Shown: piece by piece, positions 36,501 through 49,541 of the stretch
Layout of the letters: every line of letters begins with the position of its first letter
Position numbering within the stretch: the first letter of the stretch is position 1
Assembly: GCA_000182565.2 (NCBI GenBank)
Contig: KQ257468.1
Length of the DNA stretch: 64,000 nt
Reading direction: 5' to 3' (one strand)
DNA from: Spizellomyces punctatus DAOM BR117
Lineage: Eukaryota
Translations under genes and position numbers: made by a program
Notes under the pieces: generated by a model
What the model was told of the DNA's origin: nothing
Seen by the model: the letters and a program-made list of their open reading frames with translations, nothing else
Database searches by the model: none

Positions 36501-39500
36501 ATCACCTATAGATTTGGCTGCAAGCGCGACACCGGCGACAGGTGGGAACGGCATGGCGAACAAAGTGGCTGTACTGGTCGGTGACTTAATCGCAGAACAG
36601 ATATCGTCGGTCGTACTGGGCATCAGTGGGTTCAAGATGATTCCACCTGGCATGGTGGCAGGAAATGGAACTGGCGGCGCGATTATTGACCAATTCAGCG
36701 GTCTGAAATTCCGTATCCCCCCCCCCCTGCTACATCGTCTGAATCCTTTGAGATCAGACGCTTCCATCAACCTATCGGAAATCTTAGGTGTTGACCCACA
36801 GCTGAATGGCTTTGGGTTGGCACTATCGAGTGCGTCTGTACGGACGCTCCCGCAAGCGTCTTTGGCAGTGGGCGCCGGGGCCCAACTGACTAATCCTATG
36901 CCAGTTTCCGCTAAAGTCCCTTATGCAGAGATTACAATGGAATTCGGAGGTTTGGACTTTGTGGTGGTGTCCGTGTCCAATATTTCGGTTGTGGCGAAGG
37001 GGACCGGCAGCATGACTCCATCGCTCTCAATGCGGTTTGTCCACAGCGAAGGCATTCAGGATAAAGTGGCTGAGTTCGTCAGCACCTTTATCAACGGGAG
37101 GATAATGGATGGCGTAGGTATCAAGACGATATACTTTGGCACAGGCCCAAATGAACGGAACGACCTTCTTTCCGCCGTAAAGCTAGACGTCAGTTCATTC
37201 ACGAAGAACATCCGAACCGAAAATATTGTGAACGGTATCGTTGGCATGGTTTTAGGCAAAGATTTCCACTTTCCTCTTAGCGTGAACGACCTTTTCGGCG
37301 CCGTAAAACAAATCGTGGAAGGTACGGTGCGTGTGGAGACCCAGGCCAACAAAATCATTGCGGCAAATCTGGATGGGATGAGAATGGCTTTTCCGTTTAC
37401 GATAGATGCTGACATTGGCCTGGTCGGGGTTGGCATCGGGATCGATGGAAATGGGCTTATGGATGTAAACATACCTACAGGTGTCAAAATTGTGACGAGC
37501 AGAATCAATGGGTTGGGAGCTCTTGTCAGATTTGCAGATGGGGAAGGCACGCAGAACAGTGTCGCCGACCTCGGTAGATGGATGTTCGAAGGGAACGAAA
37601 AAGGTGTTAGCATCGTCGCCGCTGGGTTGCGTTTGGGGGTCTCGGACTCGGACAGGATAAGCAGTTTCGATAAAGTCACGATCAGCATTCCGATTCAGTC
37701 TATAATTCGATCGGAAAGCGACTTGTCACCACTCCTGAACCTGTTCGCGCCCTCAATAACGCGAGTCAATTTGGCCACAATGCCTGGGAACGCCATGTCG
37801 CTCGCAGCTGGTGTTGCCATACAATCACCGATTCAACTTGCTGCCAAGTTGGGATGGGTTGGAGCCGATGTGAACTTGGACTCTCATCCTGTTGTGGATG
37901 TTGGCCTTCCCAACCTTGCAATTGATGCTTCCAACGGCTCAAGTACGCTGGCTGTAGCAACATCTTTGTTATTCAAAGACACGGACGGCACTCGCCGAGC
38001 AGTGGCAAAACTGGTCAACGGAATCGCAAATGGCGGTGTGGAAAATGTCATAGGCATTAAAGGTCTCGTGCTGGGCGCGTCGGAAGCGGACTCCATCAAG
38101 TCTTTCCAGAAGCTGTCCATTCCTTTCCGCGTTGCGAGTCTTTTGAGCCAGTTTGGCATGACGGTTCCCGTCGATTACGCGCAAGTCCAACGCTTCCTTA
38201 CATTGGGTCTTCTAAGCATGGCCATAGATATCACCAGTGGTAAGAAAATGGACGTGGGCGTCGGCGCCAATATTTCGATTGTGCCCTTCCCCACGACGAT
38301 CAACATTGGTAGTGTTGGTGTAGAGGTTGACGTAAATGGCGCGGGACTGATGGGAGTCGGACTATCGGAAGGTATCCATATTGGGCGCGCGAATACCGAA
38401 ATCAAGGCTACAGTGACCTTTAGAGAGTCTGACAGGACGGAGAGAGAGGTTGCACGGCTTGTGGATGGATTCCTAAACGGCCCTAAAGTTGGGTCTACCA
38501 TCGGGATAGGCCAACTGGTAATCGGGAACAGTTTTGCGAAAGAAGACCGTATCACCATATTGGATCAGGTCCATCTCCCATTGGATGTAGATAAAGTCTG
38601 CCAAGGGTTGGGGATCGCAGTTCCGATGGATATTACCCAGCTGCTAGGATCGACTTCTACCTCCCTCGGGACCCTCCATATTAAAACCGAACCCCGCCAA
38701 ACGCTGTCTATCACGGCCTCCACCAATTTTACCCTCCCATTCTCGTTCCCAGTTGATCTGAAGGTTGGCTATGTCTCGGCAGGCGCAAATGTTGGCGATA
38801 AGAGAGATCAAATGCACCCGCTGGCCGACTTCAGCATTCCAAATGGCATGGTGATCAAAGGAAATGGGTTTGGGGCCGACCTGAGAGCCTCCTTGAAGTT
38901 CAAAGACCAAGAGGCGACGCGAGAGGTTATTGCGGGTATGGTTCAAGGATTGTTTGATAAAGGCATGGACGGTTGGGTTGGAGTGGAGGGGATCAAGGTC
39001 GGCGGAAGCGAAAACGATGTTATCCGGGCCTTTTCAAAAGTGCGCGTGAATCTCTCGCTGGCAAGACTTCTATCGCAGCTCAATATCGCCACTCCCCTGA
39101 ATCTTCCATCGCTTGCGTCGCAACTGAATGCAACTCTCTCTGACCTGACGGTTGCAACTGCTCCAGCATCCTCTCTGGATGTAAGCACCAAACTTGGGTT
39201 TACCCTACCGTTACCCTTCAGCATCACGTTCCAAGCTGATTACTTTTATGCGCGGGCGACTGTTGGAAATGCTCCACTTGCGGTGCTTCAAATGCCGGGT
39301 CTAAGTTTGGGCACTGCTGATCACGGACGTAATACTCTCAATGTTGCGACCCGACTGAAGTTTTTAGAGACCGAGCAGGGGATGACTGAAGTTGCGAGGA
39401 TAGTTGATAACGTACTGCAAAGAGATAAGGCAGATTCCAGCGTTGGAGTTGATGGAGTGATGTTTGGTAGTAGTGACGATCCGGACAATTGGGTATGCAA

Positions 39501-42500
39501 CCTTGTCCTTAGCTGAAATCTACCCACAGGTGCTAATCGCCGAACACTCTCTAGATTCGCTTTCTCTCCAAAGCCAAAATCAATCTGCCCGCTGATTCTC
39601 TTCTTCAATCCTTCGGCGTGACCCTCCCTTTGTCGTTGACCTCTCTGCCATCAAGGCTCAATGTTACAATGGATAATCCTGTGCAGCTTAAAACACTGCC
39701 AAAACGTCAAATGGCCGTCAATACTGTGGCCAGTTTCGCCATGCCTTTTGCAATCGACTTGAGTATCGGTTTTGTCAGCGTTCGAGCCAATGTGAATGGG
39801 AAAGGGTTGGTTAATGTCGCCCTGCCTGGACTAACGGTGAAAAAAGATGAAGGAAGAAGCCGAATTACAGTAGATACAGTTGTGACGTTTGAGGATGGAT
39901 CGGATATCCAAGTGGAATTGGCAAACGTTGTCGCTGAAATTGTAGAGGCAAAGTTGAAGAGTAGGGTTGGCGTGGACCACCTAGTGTTTGGGGTCAGTGA
40001 GCAGGATACGGTATGTGTCGAGGAAAGAAGACAAGTCTTTGAAAATTGAAACTAATTTTGTTGGATAAACAGATCAAGTCATTCTCCAAAGCAAATCTGG
40101 CTCTCCCCGTGTCCGCCTTTGTCAATGCCACGGAGCCTATAAATCTGGGCACTGTCACGGCCTCCTACCTGGAAAGCATGCTCTTGTCGAACAATTCTTC
40201 AGAGTCAACAGGTCTAACAATCAAGCACGCATCCCTATCTGCGCTTCCATCCGACAAACTCAATGCCAAGGCGCAAGCTCACGTCCCACTCCCACTGCCA
40301 TTCAAGGTGGAGTTGGACATTGGGTACGCAGGCGTGAGGTGGATTGGAGTGGACAAAACCAAAGTTTTGGGAGTTGATGTTCGAGGAATACAACTCAAAG
40401 ATGAGAACGTGGAAATTGACGCCCTTATGGGGTTTGAAGACTCGGGCGATTCTAGAAGCGTTCTGAAGCACGTAACTGATGGGAATGGTGATGGCTCGTT
40501 TCCTGGCACGCTTGGTATCGCCGGTTTGGTGTTTGGCGCTACCGATGGTGACATTATTCAGGTGAGCGTGGTCTGATTTATCAGGGAAACGATCGAACAA
40601 GTGATTCTAAATAACTTCGTGGTATTAGGCCTTTTCAAAGATCGAGCTACCAATTCCAATCAACCCCGTTGGCCAAGTACTCTCTAAATATGTCAATCAG
40701 CTTATTGATAACCTGCTGTCTGGAGTTCCATCAACTGGTGCAATCCAACATGCACCTTCCAAAGGCTTCCAAATCCATTTCTCAAAAAATGCTTCACTGA
40801 CCATCTCTCACGCTAGTGTTGAGTTTCAACCTGCAAGTATAATAACCGCGGACGTAACCGGGAGCCTACAATTTCCGGTTGATATCGCGGCGGATTTGCC
40901 ATTTCTTGCAGTTGCAATCGGATTGGATGATGTCAGCTTTCTCGATACTAGCGTAAACGGTGTCAAAATCAATGGCCAAGGTGAAAATGGCCTGCAGCTC
41001 GGTGCTAAGCTTAAAGTCTTCGACTCGGATCCCGTTCAAGATAAAGTTGCGGCGATTGCTACGGCTTTCTTCGACAATCAGAGCAACCTCCCAGGTCGCT
41101 TGAGAATTACCGGGATCAAACTCGGTGTAGCATCGATAGATTCTATCGAGACTTTTAGCGAAATGGTGTTTTCCTTGTCCCTTGATCGAGTCCTCGGCCC
41201 TTTCATCAAAGGTTCGAAAAACCAAACACTTGACATTGGAGAGTATGTCAACGGGATCAAACTCAATAAAGTAGGGGTTCGCGCAGTAGAAGGTCGAGCT
41301 CTGATAGTGGACGCCGGAGTCGGATTTAACAGTCTATTCCCCATCACTATCAAAGGGCTTGGCTATGTTGCTGTCGATCTTGGGGTGGACGAAGTGGACT
41401 TGATGACGGTAGGCTTACCTGGGATAATGTTGGTTGACGGTGCAAACTCCATGGACCTCCGCGTGAACGTCGGTTTTCGTTCATCGGATAGCGTTCAGAC
41501 AAAGGTGGCGTCGTTCTTCCAGAATATCTACACCGTTGGATGGGGTAACACCAAGGAACTGCTTGCTCTCGCTGGTCTAAAAGTCGGATACAGTGAAAAC
41601 GACTACATACGCGCCTTCTCAAAAGCTAGGTTCGGACTTCCCAGTGCGACTGTGCTAAGTCCCGGAAATGTCGATTGGGTCCTGTCCCTAGTTGGCATGA
41701 ATCGCTCAGATTTCACTGCAGCGAACTTACTGCCGCGTATCGATATACGAGGCGCTCATATATCGTTCGATGACCAAGACAGGTTACAAGTTGTTGGCAA
41801 AGCTCTTTTGAAAGGCTTCTCCATTGACGCTTCGATTGCTTTCCCACACGTGTCTACTCAACTCGGACTGAGCGGGCTAGTGTTTGCGGATTTGGAGATG
41901 AAAAATCTTGTTATCAGGCAACAAGGTGGAAATGGACTCTTGACCGAATTTACCATGACCATGGCATTCCCTAATGGTGGAACAGGCGGGATTCAGCAAG
42001 CTGTGGCCGATATCGCGAGTGATATGCAAAAACCAAATGGAACAATTAGGGGCGTTGGGCAAGCGACCAAGTTTGGATTCGGCGTTTCCAGGGATGACAT
42101 GATTGACGCCCTTGGAAAATGTGTGGGTGAACTCTCCATGCAATCCATCGGCAGACCCGCTGCATCCCTTTTCCACGATCTGTTAGTATCAGTGGTTCTC
42201 GACCTTGTCGATTTGGCTCCTGTGAGCGAGAGTGCCTTAGAAGCGAACGTAATTGCCCATATGACCCCTATCATTCCAGACATTATGGCGTCGATTCCCT
42301 TCTTGTTTATTGACGTTCGAGTGGATAGCAATGTCTTCGTAATGGCAGAAGCGACAGATATTCGACTCGACCCGTCAGGCAAAGTGCTTGTCAAGGCAAA
42401 TGCGGGATTTGCATTGCAAAATCGCGCCGCGGCGCAGACACTGGCTACTATCGGTGGAGACGCCATATTCCGGCGTCCAAAGCCAATCTCAACCAAGGTT

Positions 42501-43847
42501 GCTTTTAGCGGTATCAGATTTGGAAGGTCAAAGGAGACTGCCATACGAATCGCTGAGACCGCGATCATCGATTTCGATGTAGCGACCTTCCTAAAGGGCG
42601 TTGCGGACTATATCTCATCCCCTGCAACTGAGATGGTTCTCACAGATATTATTACCCAGATTACACCGGAAGGCGCCGATGTCAAAGCAACAGGCAAACC
42701 TCTCGGACCCCTCATGCCATTCCGAGCCCGACCCGGAGCTAGCGCTGTAGCGGTTGTGACATACGACAAAACAGATATCGTTCAAGTGTATTTCAACAAA
42801 ATCGGCATTGAACCTGGCAAGCCTATTGAGCTGGACATCAAAGTCCACTTCCTTCTTCCAAATGTCGTAGAATCCCTGCAAGATATCATTCCGCGGTTGC
42901 TGACATGGCGAAATATTGCAGAACGAGCCACTTTGGGCAAATTGGCATTAACAATGGGTGACCCACGGTCTCCGAGTGTCAGCTTCAATATGTTTGACCA
43001 AGTCGCCATTCAGGCCCCCGAACTTTATATGTATCAGCCGCTGGTTGTTCGTCCCAAACTCGTCAATCCGTTAACCCAGGGTCTTGGCCTCGATGTCTTT
43101 GTCGGTATGCCAAATCCTGGTCCATTCCATTTGAATCTGGGTGTTGTCGGTGCGAAGATCACGAATGGTGGAGGAGAGTTTGGACGCGCCAGCACACCAG
43201 ACGGGATCGTTCTTAAGAATGTAAACGAGGGCGGCAATGATCCGAACCGTAATCAGTTCCGGCTGGCGGTTCGGCTAGAATTACCTAAGAATCCTCTGTT
43301 GATCTGGGGAGCGCTTCTCGACATTCTAACGGGAAAATTCACTGATTTTAACCTCGAGTTCTTTGCGGAAACGATCGGGGGCCAGCGGGTTCCGTGGTTG
43401 ACAGCGTGTTTGGATGGTGTTCCACTATATCTCAAAGGCAACCTTTTGCGAATTATTGTGGGTCTCCTTACACATATGAAAATCCAGCTTGGACCGCTTA
43501 CGATTCCGCCGCCTCCGATATTTAACCAGGCAGCGCAGAACCTCCTTGGCAGCCTGCCGCAACAGGTGCTGATTACAGACTTTGATGCTCCACTGGGCTT
43601 CCTGCCAGCAAATTCGACGCTTCCCGCCGCTAATCAAACGATACCGGCGAACATTACCTCGTCGGTCTCCTCATCCTTGTCTGCTCCGACCGTTTCCACA
43701 ACAGTTATACTGCAACCAACTTCCAGCGCGCCTAATAGGGCTGCTTCAGCGCCCGCACCCGCGCGGTCAGTCTCGGCATCGGCGTCGTTTGTTGCATCAG
43801 CCACAGCCGCAAGGCCACCGCCAGTACCATCACTGGTCGTTACTTAG
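33576..43847 (+). CDS. Giant (~3,300 aa) type II membrane protein of tandem ~150-160 aa Tag1/DUF3712(LEA_2)-like beta-rich repeats
   Basis: Approximate exons 33576-34033, 34099-34197 (TM: FILLHALIIGLFMAIVVAPLTYFVIIPAII), 34262-34749, 34811-39492, 39555-40010, 40073-40561 and 40629-43847. Recurring G(L/I)xFG...DxIxxFSK motif, many N-x-S/T sequons and an S/T/A/P-rich tail. Family assignment is from recall of the architecture. Confidence 0.75.
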
Positions 43848-44214
43848 AGTTTATACTTATTCATATATGTTACATAGCTAAGACCTCAGAAGCCTTTAAA
43901 TTATTCGCAGCCTGCAACAGTACATAGATAGACTAGCCACATATTGTAAGCTTAAATACGATACCATATATTAAGACCCCCTGGCAGATAAGATTACTAA
44001 ATCTCGTTCGTTCAACATTATCACTGACTATACTGAGTTACTACTCATAGAATAATCATCAGCCGCTTGAGAGCAGTATCATTCTTGAAAGATAGTCATC
44101 TTCAATACTGTTCAACCATCAACGTCCGCTATGCTGGCTGGATTTTCCTTGCGCTTTTGACGACGCATGTCAATAGGATTTGCTACTGATATTTACTATC
44201 ACGAAGGAATTTCT

Positions 44215-46049
44215 TCAAGATTTGAGGGCATGGTACAGTAGCAGAACACCGCCGGTTTCAGCCTTGTAATGAACAATTTCAAGCAAGTGTTCAGAAGAAA
44301 TGCGAAGAATGAATAAATGGGAAGGTGATGCAATCCACCTCCTGTCGTTCATAACTGAAATCTGCATGCGTACCTTATCCCTTGCTTCACCAACTGTGAT
44401 ATGTTTATCTAGCGGTTTCCCATGAATTGGTCGTGATAAAGTAACAACAAAGTCGTCGCTCGTCAGATCGCGAAATTGATCCGACTGCGCCGCGTAGTAC
44501 TCTCGGAGAACCATGGAGAGATGACCCACTGGAGAAGCAAGGAACACCTTTAACATCGCTTAACCATATATATGAGAATCTTAGAATCGCAACCTGTGCA
44601 TTCGTTTTCGGTACGTAGACGCAGGACTTCACCCAGTGGGAGGCGTTTGTCACAGGGGTGGGCTATAGCTGTGACTTCGATGGTCTCATCGGGGAGAAAG
44701 AGTCTCAGCATGCTTATCACATGCGTAACACCTTCCAGATCCAAAATACGCACCCACGGGGGTTGGTCTTGACCTGACAAAGTTTGAATACTCGCAGGCT
44801 CAGGCGATGGTGCGTCAGATACTGATGTTTCAGAACGAACTCCATCACTCTCCGTGTTGGATTCGCCGCATGTACCATTTTCAGACTCTATCTCGTAATC
44901 GTCATGACCATCCGGTGATATTCGTGGAGAACGTGCTGCCAGCGACAATTAGATGGACAAGACGTGAATTTAAAGGCGAAATCTTATAACATCCCTACCT
45001 AATCCATTTGCACAATCTGCAGCACCCACGGTAGTCGAGCGTTTCTGAGCGGGGACCACAGCGCTCTCTATAAGCATGAGTCCTGAAACGAGAAGATTCT
45101 CTCGGTATGATTCTACTCACCACACCCCGGCCCTTGCGGACCATTTCCTGCCTTTTAATACCCTCCTCGTACATTTTCCGGAGATTAAACGTTGATCTCG
45201 CAATTATGCTGTCGAGCTCAGTAGCGTCTTCCGTTTCAGATGATCCCAAGCTGGGATAGATCATTCGTATAATCTCGTCGAATCGGGTATCTGGGCGCAG
45301 ATTGCGCATGGAATGGCACTCTCGTCGACACGCAGGACACTCTTTGTTTCTGTCGGATATGTTAGCATCGAGAGCCAGTCAGCTCCACTGGTAAAGAGTG
45401 CATAACATACCCTTTGAAGAGTGCTTCCCTAATGCATGCATAGCAAAAGCGATGCATGCACTTTACACAGTTTTAATATCCCTCAAGATGGAATCATGAT
45501 CTGAATATTTCTTACCTCCACAGTTACCATTGTCTGTTGAAGGATATTCCGACACACTGGACAGGTGAATTCTTCACTCAGGACTTTGAGGGGACTGAAA
45601 TGCAGAGGTACAAGTTATAAAATGGTCCGGAATTACCTTTATCTGACAAAGCCAACAAGGTGCTACGTAGTGCTTATGAAGCCTCTCGCTCCTCTGACTT
45701 TGGCGCAATTATGGAAAAGCTTCCTGCCAGAACTCACAGTGTCACCTGAGTATCATCGGTTATTATAGGTATTGGAGGTCGTTGTTTTTCGTACGCAGAT
45801 AAGCCTGGAATAAACATAAAATTGCTCAAATACAATCCTTTCCACATGTCGGTCTTCGTACGGACTCTAACACATACGCAATCGGTAATCGTCCTCTGAC
45901 TGAGATTCGCTCTCATCAGCATTTCTCGCTCGTTTGTTTTTTGACTTTCCCTGCTGTACGACAGTCTTTCTTCAGAACACCGCGTGGGCTTTTCCTACGG
46001 TACATCCGGCGCCAGTATAACTTACTACAGTTTTTGTTCTAGCCTCCAT
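44215..46049 (-). CDS. RING1: RING1/RNF2 (Sce)-like PRC1 E3 ubiquitin ligase: N-terminal C3HC4 RING plus C-terminal RAWUL-like domain; multi-exon
   Basis: Spliced translation LSAYEKQRPPIPIITDDTQVTLPLKVLSEEFTCPVCRNILQQTMVTVECMHRFCYACIREALFKGNKECPACRRECHSMRNLRPDTRFDEIIRMIYP parallels the RNF2 N-terminus. C-terminus IEVTAIAHP...LRLRT...LDKHITVGEARDK|AETGGVLLLYHA fits RAWUL. Confidence 0.87.
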
Positions 46050-46206
46050 TGCTGAAGCGTTGATTGATACAGAGTCTGCAGATAATTTCAGCTTTCACAA
46101 CTCTTGCAAGCGGTCCGAACATTAAAACAAAAAATGTCAAGTGGTTGTTCAGTCGCCGTGGGAAGCACTGCACGCGTTGCGACTTCGATCGTGTTCGTAA
46201 TGATTA

Positions 46207-46230
46207 ATCACGTGATCACAGTCACATGAC
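46207..46230. promoter_or_regulatory. Clustered promoter elements between RING1 and RPS6: E-box ATCACGTGAT, Homol-D box CAGTCACA (46219-46226), GTCACATGAC
   Basis: Exact motif matches about 120 nt upstream of the RPS6 ATG. Homol-D is an established ribosomal-protein gene promoter element in fission yeast and other fungi. Confidence 0.6.
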
Positions 46231-46347
46231 TATATTGGAACCGTGCGCGGGCACAACAAGAAAAGCAATTGGCGAGCAGATTAAGAGGTCCTTCCCTTTT
46301 CGCACGCGCTTAACGGCTCTGAGACCAAAGCCAAGCGAACTCCCATC

Positions 46348-47436
46348 ATGAAGGTAGATGTCGACTTTGCGAATTTAATGAGGAGGGGATGTTGGGTGGA
46401 ATGGGAACGGGTCGATGGATGGATGGATGGACGGATGGATGGATGGATGAGCATGGGTGCTGGGACGTTCGGAGCATGAGTTAGATAGTTGGAAATGACG
46501 GACATTTGGACTAACTAGTGCCCTTCCTTGACCTCCCGATATTAGTTGAACATTGCGTACCCCGCTCTCGGGACCCAAAAGTGCATTGAGGTCGACGATG
46601 AGCGCAAGTAGTGAGTATTTTGGACAGTTGCAAGTGACAAACTCGGCTCAGAAACATCGAATCGGACGTGATCCTCACCTACCCAAACTCTTGTTCTATT
46701 TTCGATTAGCCGTATCTTCTACGACAAGCGCATGTCGACTGAAGTGAAGGGTGATGCCCTCGGTGACGAGTTCAAGGGCTACGTCTTCAAGATCACTGGT
46801 GGAAACGACAAACAAGGTTTCCCCATGAAGCAGGGTGTTTTGGAGGCCCGCCGTGTCCGTCTCCTCCTCTCTGCTGGTCACTCCTGCTACCGTCCTCGCC
46901 GGACGGGAGAGCGCAAGCGCAAGTCCGTCCGTGGGTGTATCGTCGGCAGTGACATTTCAGCTCTCTCCCTTGTTGTTGTGAAGCAGGGTGAGGCCGACAT
47001 TCCCGGTTTGACCGACACCCAGATCCCTAAGCGCCTCGGACCCAAGAGGGCTAGCAAAATCCGCAAGATGTTCAACCTCAGCAAGGAGGACGATGTTCGC
47101 AAATACGTCATCCGCCGCGAGATCCCCGGTAAGGGTGACAAAAAGGGCTACACCAAGGCCCCCAAGATCCAGCGGTTGGTCACTCCCCGTACTCTTCAGC
47201 GCAAGCGTCACTTGCTTGCTCTCAAGCGTCGTCAATCTGAGAAGGTTCAGGAGGTACGTAGTCGCATCTTGGCGGAATTTCACCGATGGTTGTGTTAACT
47301 TCATATGTCTCTAAAGGATGCTGCTGAGTACGCCAAGATTCTTGCTCAGCGTATCAAGGAGCGCAACCAGAAGCGTCAGGAACTCCACCTGAAGCGCCGT
47401 CTGTCTTCGACCCGCAAATCTACCGCCCAGGCATAG
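46348..47436 (+). CDS. RPS6: 40S ribosomal protein S6 (eS6); 4 exons
   Basis: Exons 46348-46353 (MK), 46546-46610 ([21 protein letters not shown]), 46710-47253 ([30 protein letters not shown]) and 47317-47436 with the [11 protein letters not shown] phospho-tail. Confidence 0.98.
46414..46448. repeat. Short imperfect (GGAT)n tract in RPS6 intron 1
   Basis: gatggatggatggatggacggatggatggatgga, about 8 units with one variant. Confidence 0.9.
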
Positions 47437-47820
47437 ATTATATGTCGGGAATAGTAGAGAAGTGTGGATATGGATGGTGTGCGTAGATGGGGTTGATGGA
47501 GCGGATACTGGTCTTGTGGATGGGATCGGGTCCGGTTTAATTCATCTTTTGTGGAATATATGCCATGAAACCTGGAAGTGTGTGTGTGGATGTTTCTGGG
47601 CCAGCCGGCTGCGATTTCATTGTTCCTTCGGTTGTGCTGGGTCTTTCAAAGTCGGTGTGGACCGGATGTTATATAGTACTCTTGGCAATAAGGAGAATTC
47701 TTGCATTATCTACTTGCACAACGTCATATTCACTCATACTTCTACAATTGACTGGCCTGCAGTCCAAACGCGATAATGATAATGGCCAAATTTCGACCCC
47801 ATAATGTCATTCTCCCCGAC

Positions 47821-49416
47821 TCACAGAACTGAATGTCCTGCAACCCTGACTTTCCGTTTAACTTCATTCCAGAGCGCCCAAACCCATTCCATTGGAGTAT
47901 CACAGGGCACACAACAAACAAACACAACATAGAGTAAGCGATCGTCCCAATTCGGGGCACTACTAGCGTCAGCGAGTCCCACGGTAACTGCAAATTGAGC
48001 GATTCCTTCAACGGTAAGGAGATCCATCGTCTCGGAAGGGGATGTACATGTGAAAGAGGTACCAAAGTGTGGGCCGCGAGTATAGGACGTGTAGTCGTAG
48101 CATTTGAGTTTAACAGATAGCCACATCCCAGTGCGTGTCTTCACGAGAAAAAGTAGGTGAGATGCTTTCATCTGGCAACATCAATACCACTTGAGGAGCG
48201 CTCACCTCTCCACGGATTTCTCCACAAACATCATCCTCCCTTCCCGCATAGGCCCTATACCAATCGTCAAAAATAGGTGTCCGCTTCCAGCTGCCACCCT
48301 TCCATTCAATCCTTTGAAATGCGTCAAAATATCTTTGCTCTATCCCCTTTAACGGGTAATGCAGAGTCTGGCATCTTTTGAGCAGTGCGTGCTTGTCGTG
48401 GAGGATGTTCGTACATTGAACGTCCAAGTCGGTCAGCACGGCGAGTATTGAGTGCCGGGATAGATGGGCCAGAAGCGCACGGAGAATGGGGAGCGCCGGA
48501 TGTAAGGTGGCAATGTATGACTCGTGCTAGACTTCGAAACCGACTTATTAGAGAAGTCCTCGAGTCTACTACATCGAGAAGCAAGGACAAACCTCGTCCA
48601 AAAACCTCTCGTTCAGACAACCACTTGTATCACCTTTCGTCCACTTCTCCACCATGTCGCCTTGCAAACACGGATGGGTATCCACTAATTCCCGCCCATC
48701 GGTCCCGTCAAGCAGGCCTTCCCAAAATGTTCGCACAGTTCCCTTCCATCCCAACCGGTTAAAGTACTCTGTCAGGGCCACCACTACGCCCTTGGCAATC
48801 TTTGCTTGATACTTAGTGACTTCCATTATTTGAACTTGAGCGGTATTGGGAGGGAGGTCAAGCATGGCGCAGAGAGATGCTGGAACGTCCATGTAGAGAT
48901 GGGTACTGTAGATGGTTTGCCAGCTAGAGCCCATTGGGTATCGAACCGTCCACGACAAAAATATGATGGGAAGTACTGATGAAGTAGTGGTAGGCGGGAT
49001 GAGACTGAGAATCGCCTTCTCCTTTTCACTAAGATAGCCTTTCCAAAGCGTTTCTAAATAGGGGCGAAGACATGACCTCTATACAGTAAAACATAAGATA
49101 CATATGTATTTCCATCATCATAAACTACTTGCATCGTCCATAAACAAACCCGTTCTGTGTCGTCGACCCAATCGAGATCCGCCCGAACACCTTTGATCGC
49201 CCCTCTCAACCACTCCACGCCCTTCTGCTCGTTCCTCTGTATCATTGCCGCATCCAATCTTCTCTTAACAATCGTCTTCACCCGAGAACCAATGTAAGCA
49301 CAGAGTTCTCTATTCGCCTTACCAAGTGTGAAGAGGTCGTGAACCGGAAGATGGGTTAATATTTCATCGATAATTTCGATGGGAAGCGTGCATGGGTGAA
49401 CAAATGGGGAAGACAT
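47821..49416 (-). CDS. F-box domain protein, remainder of unknown function; multi-exon
   Basis: N-terminal LPIEIIDEILTHLPVHDLFTL F-box motif. Downstream ORFs (48958-48569, 48439-48110, 48171-47821) appear linkable by GT-AG introns; internal boundaries are uncertain. Confidence 0.65.
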
Positions 49417-49541
49417 CTCTGCGGCGGGCTTGGGCTGGCTGAGAAGGTCAATCAGCTACAGTGTAAGTCGCGAGACACAGCCGATTACTTAATCTCGACG
49501 CGCCACTTTAGAATTTCTACACTATAGAACCTATATCCAAT

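Noticed and set aside
35793-37688. Long antisense ORFs (325 aa, 210 aa) opposite the giant repeat gene
   Set aside because: Shadow ORFs expected from the codon usage of the sense gene; no independent motifs.
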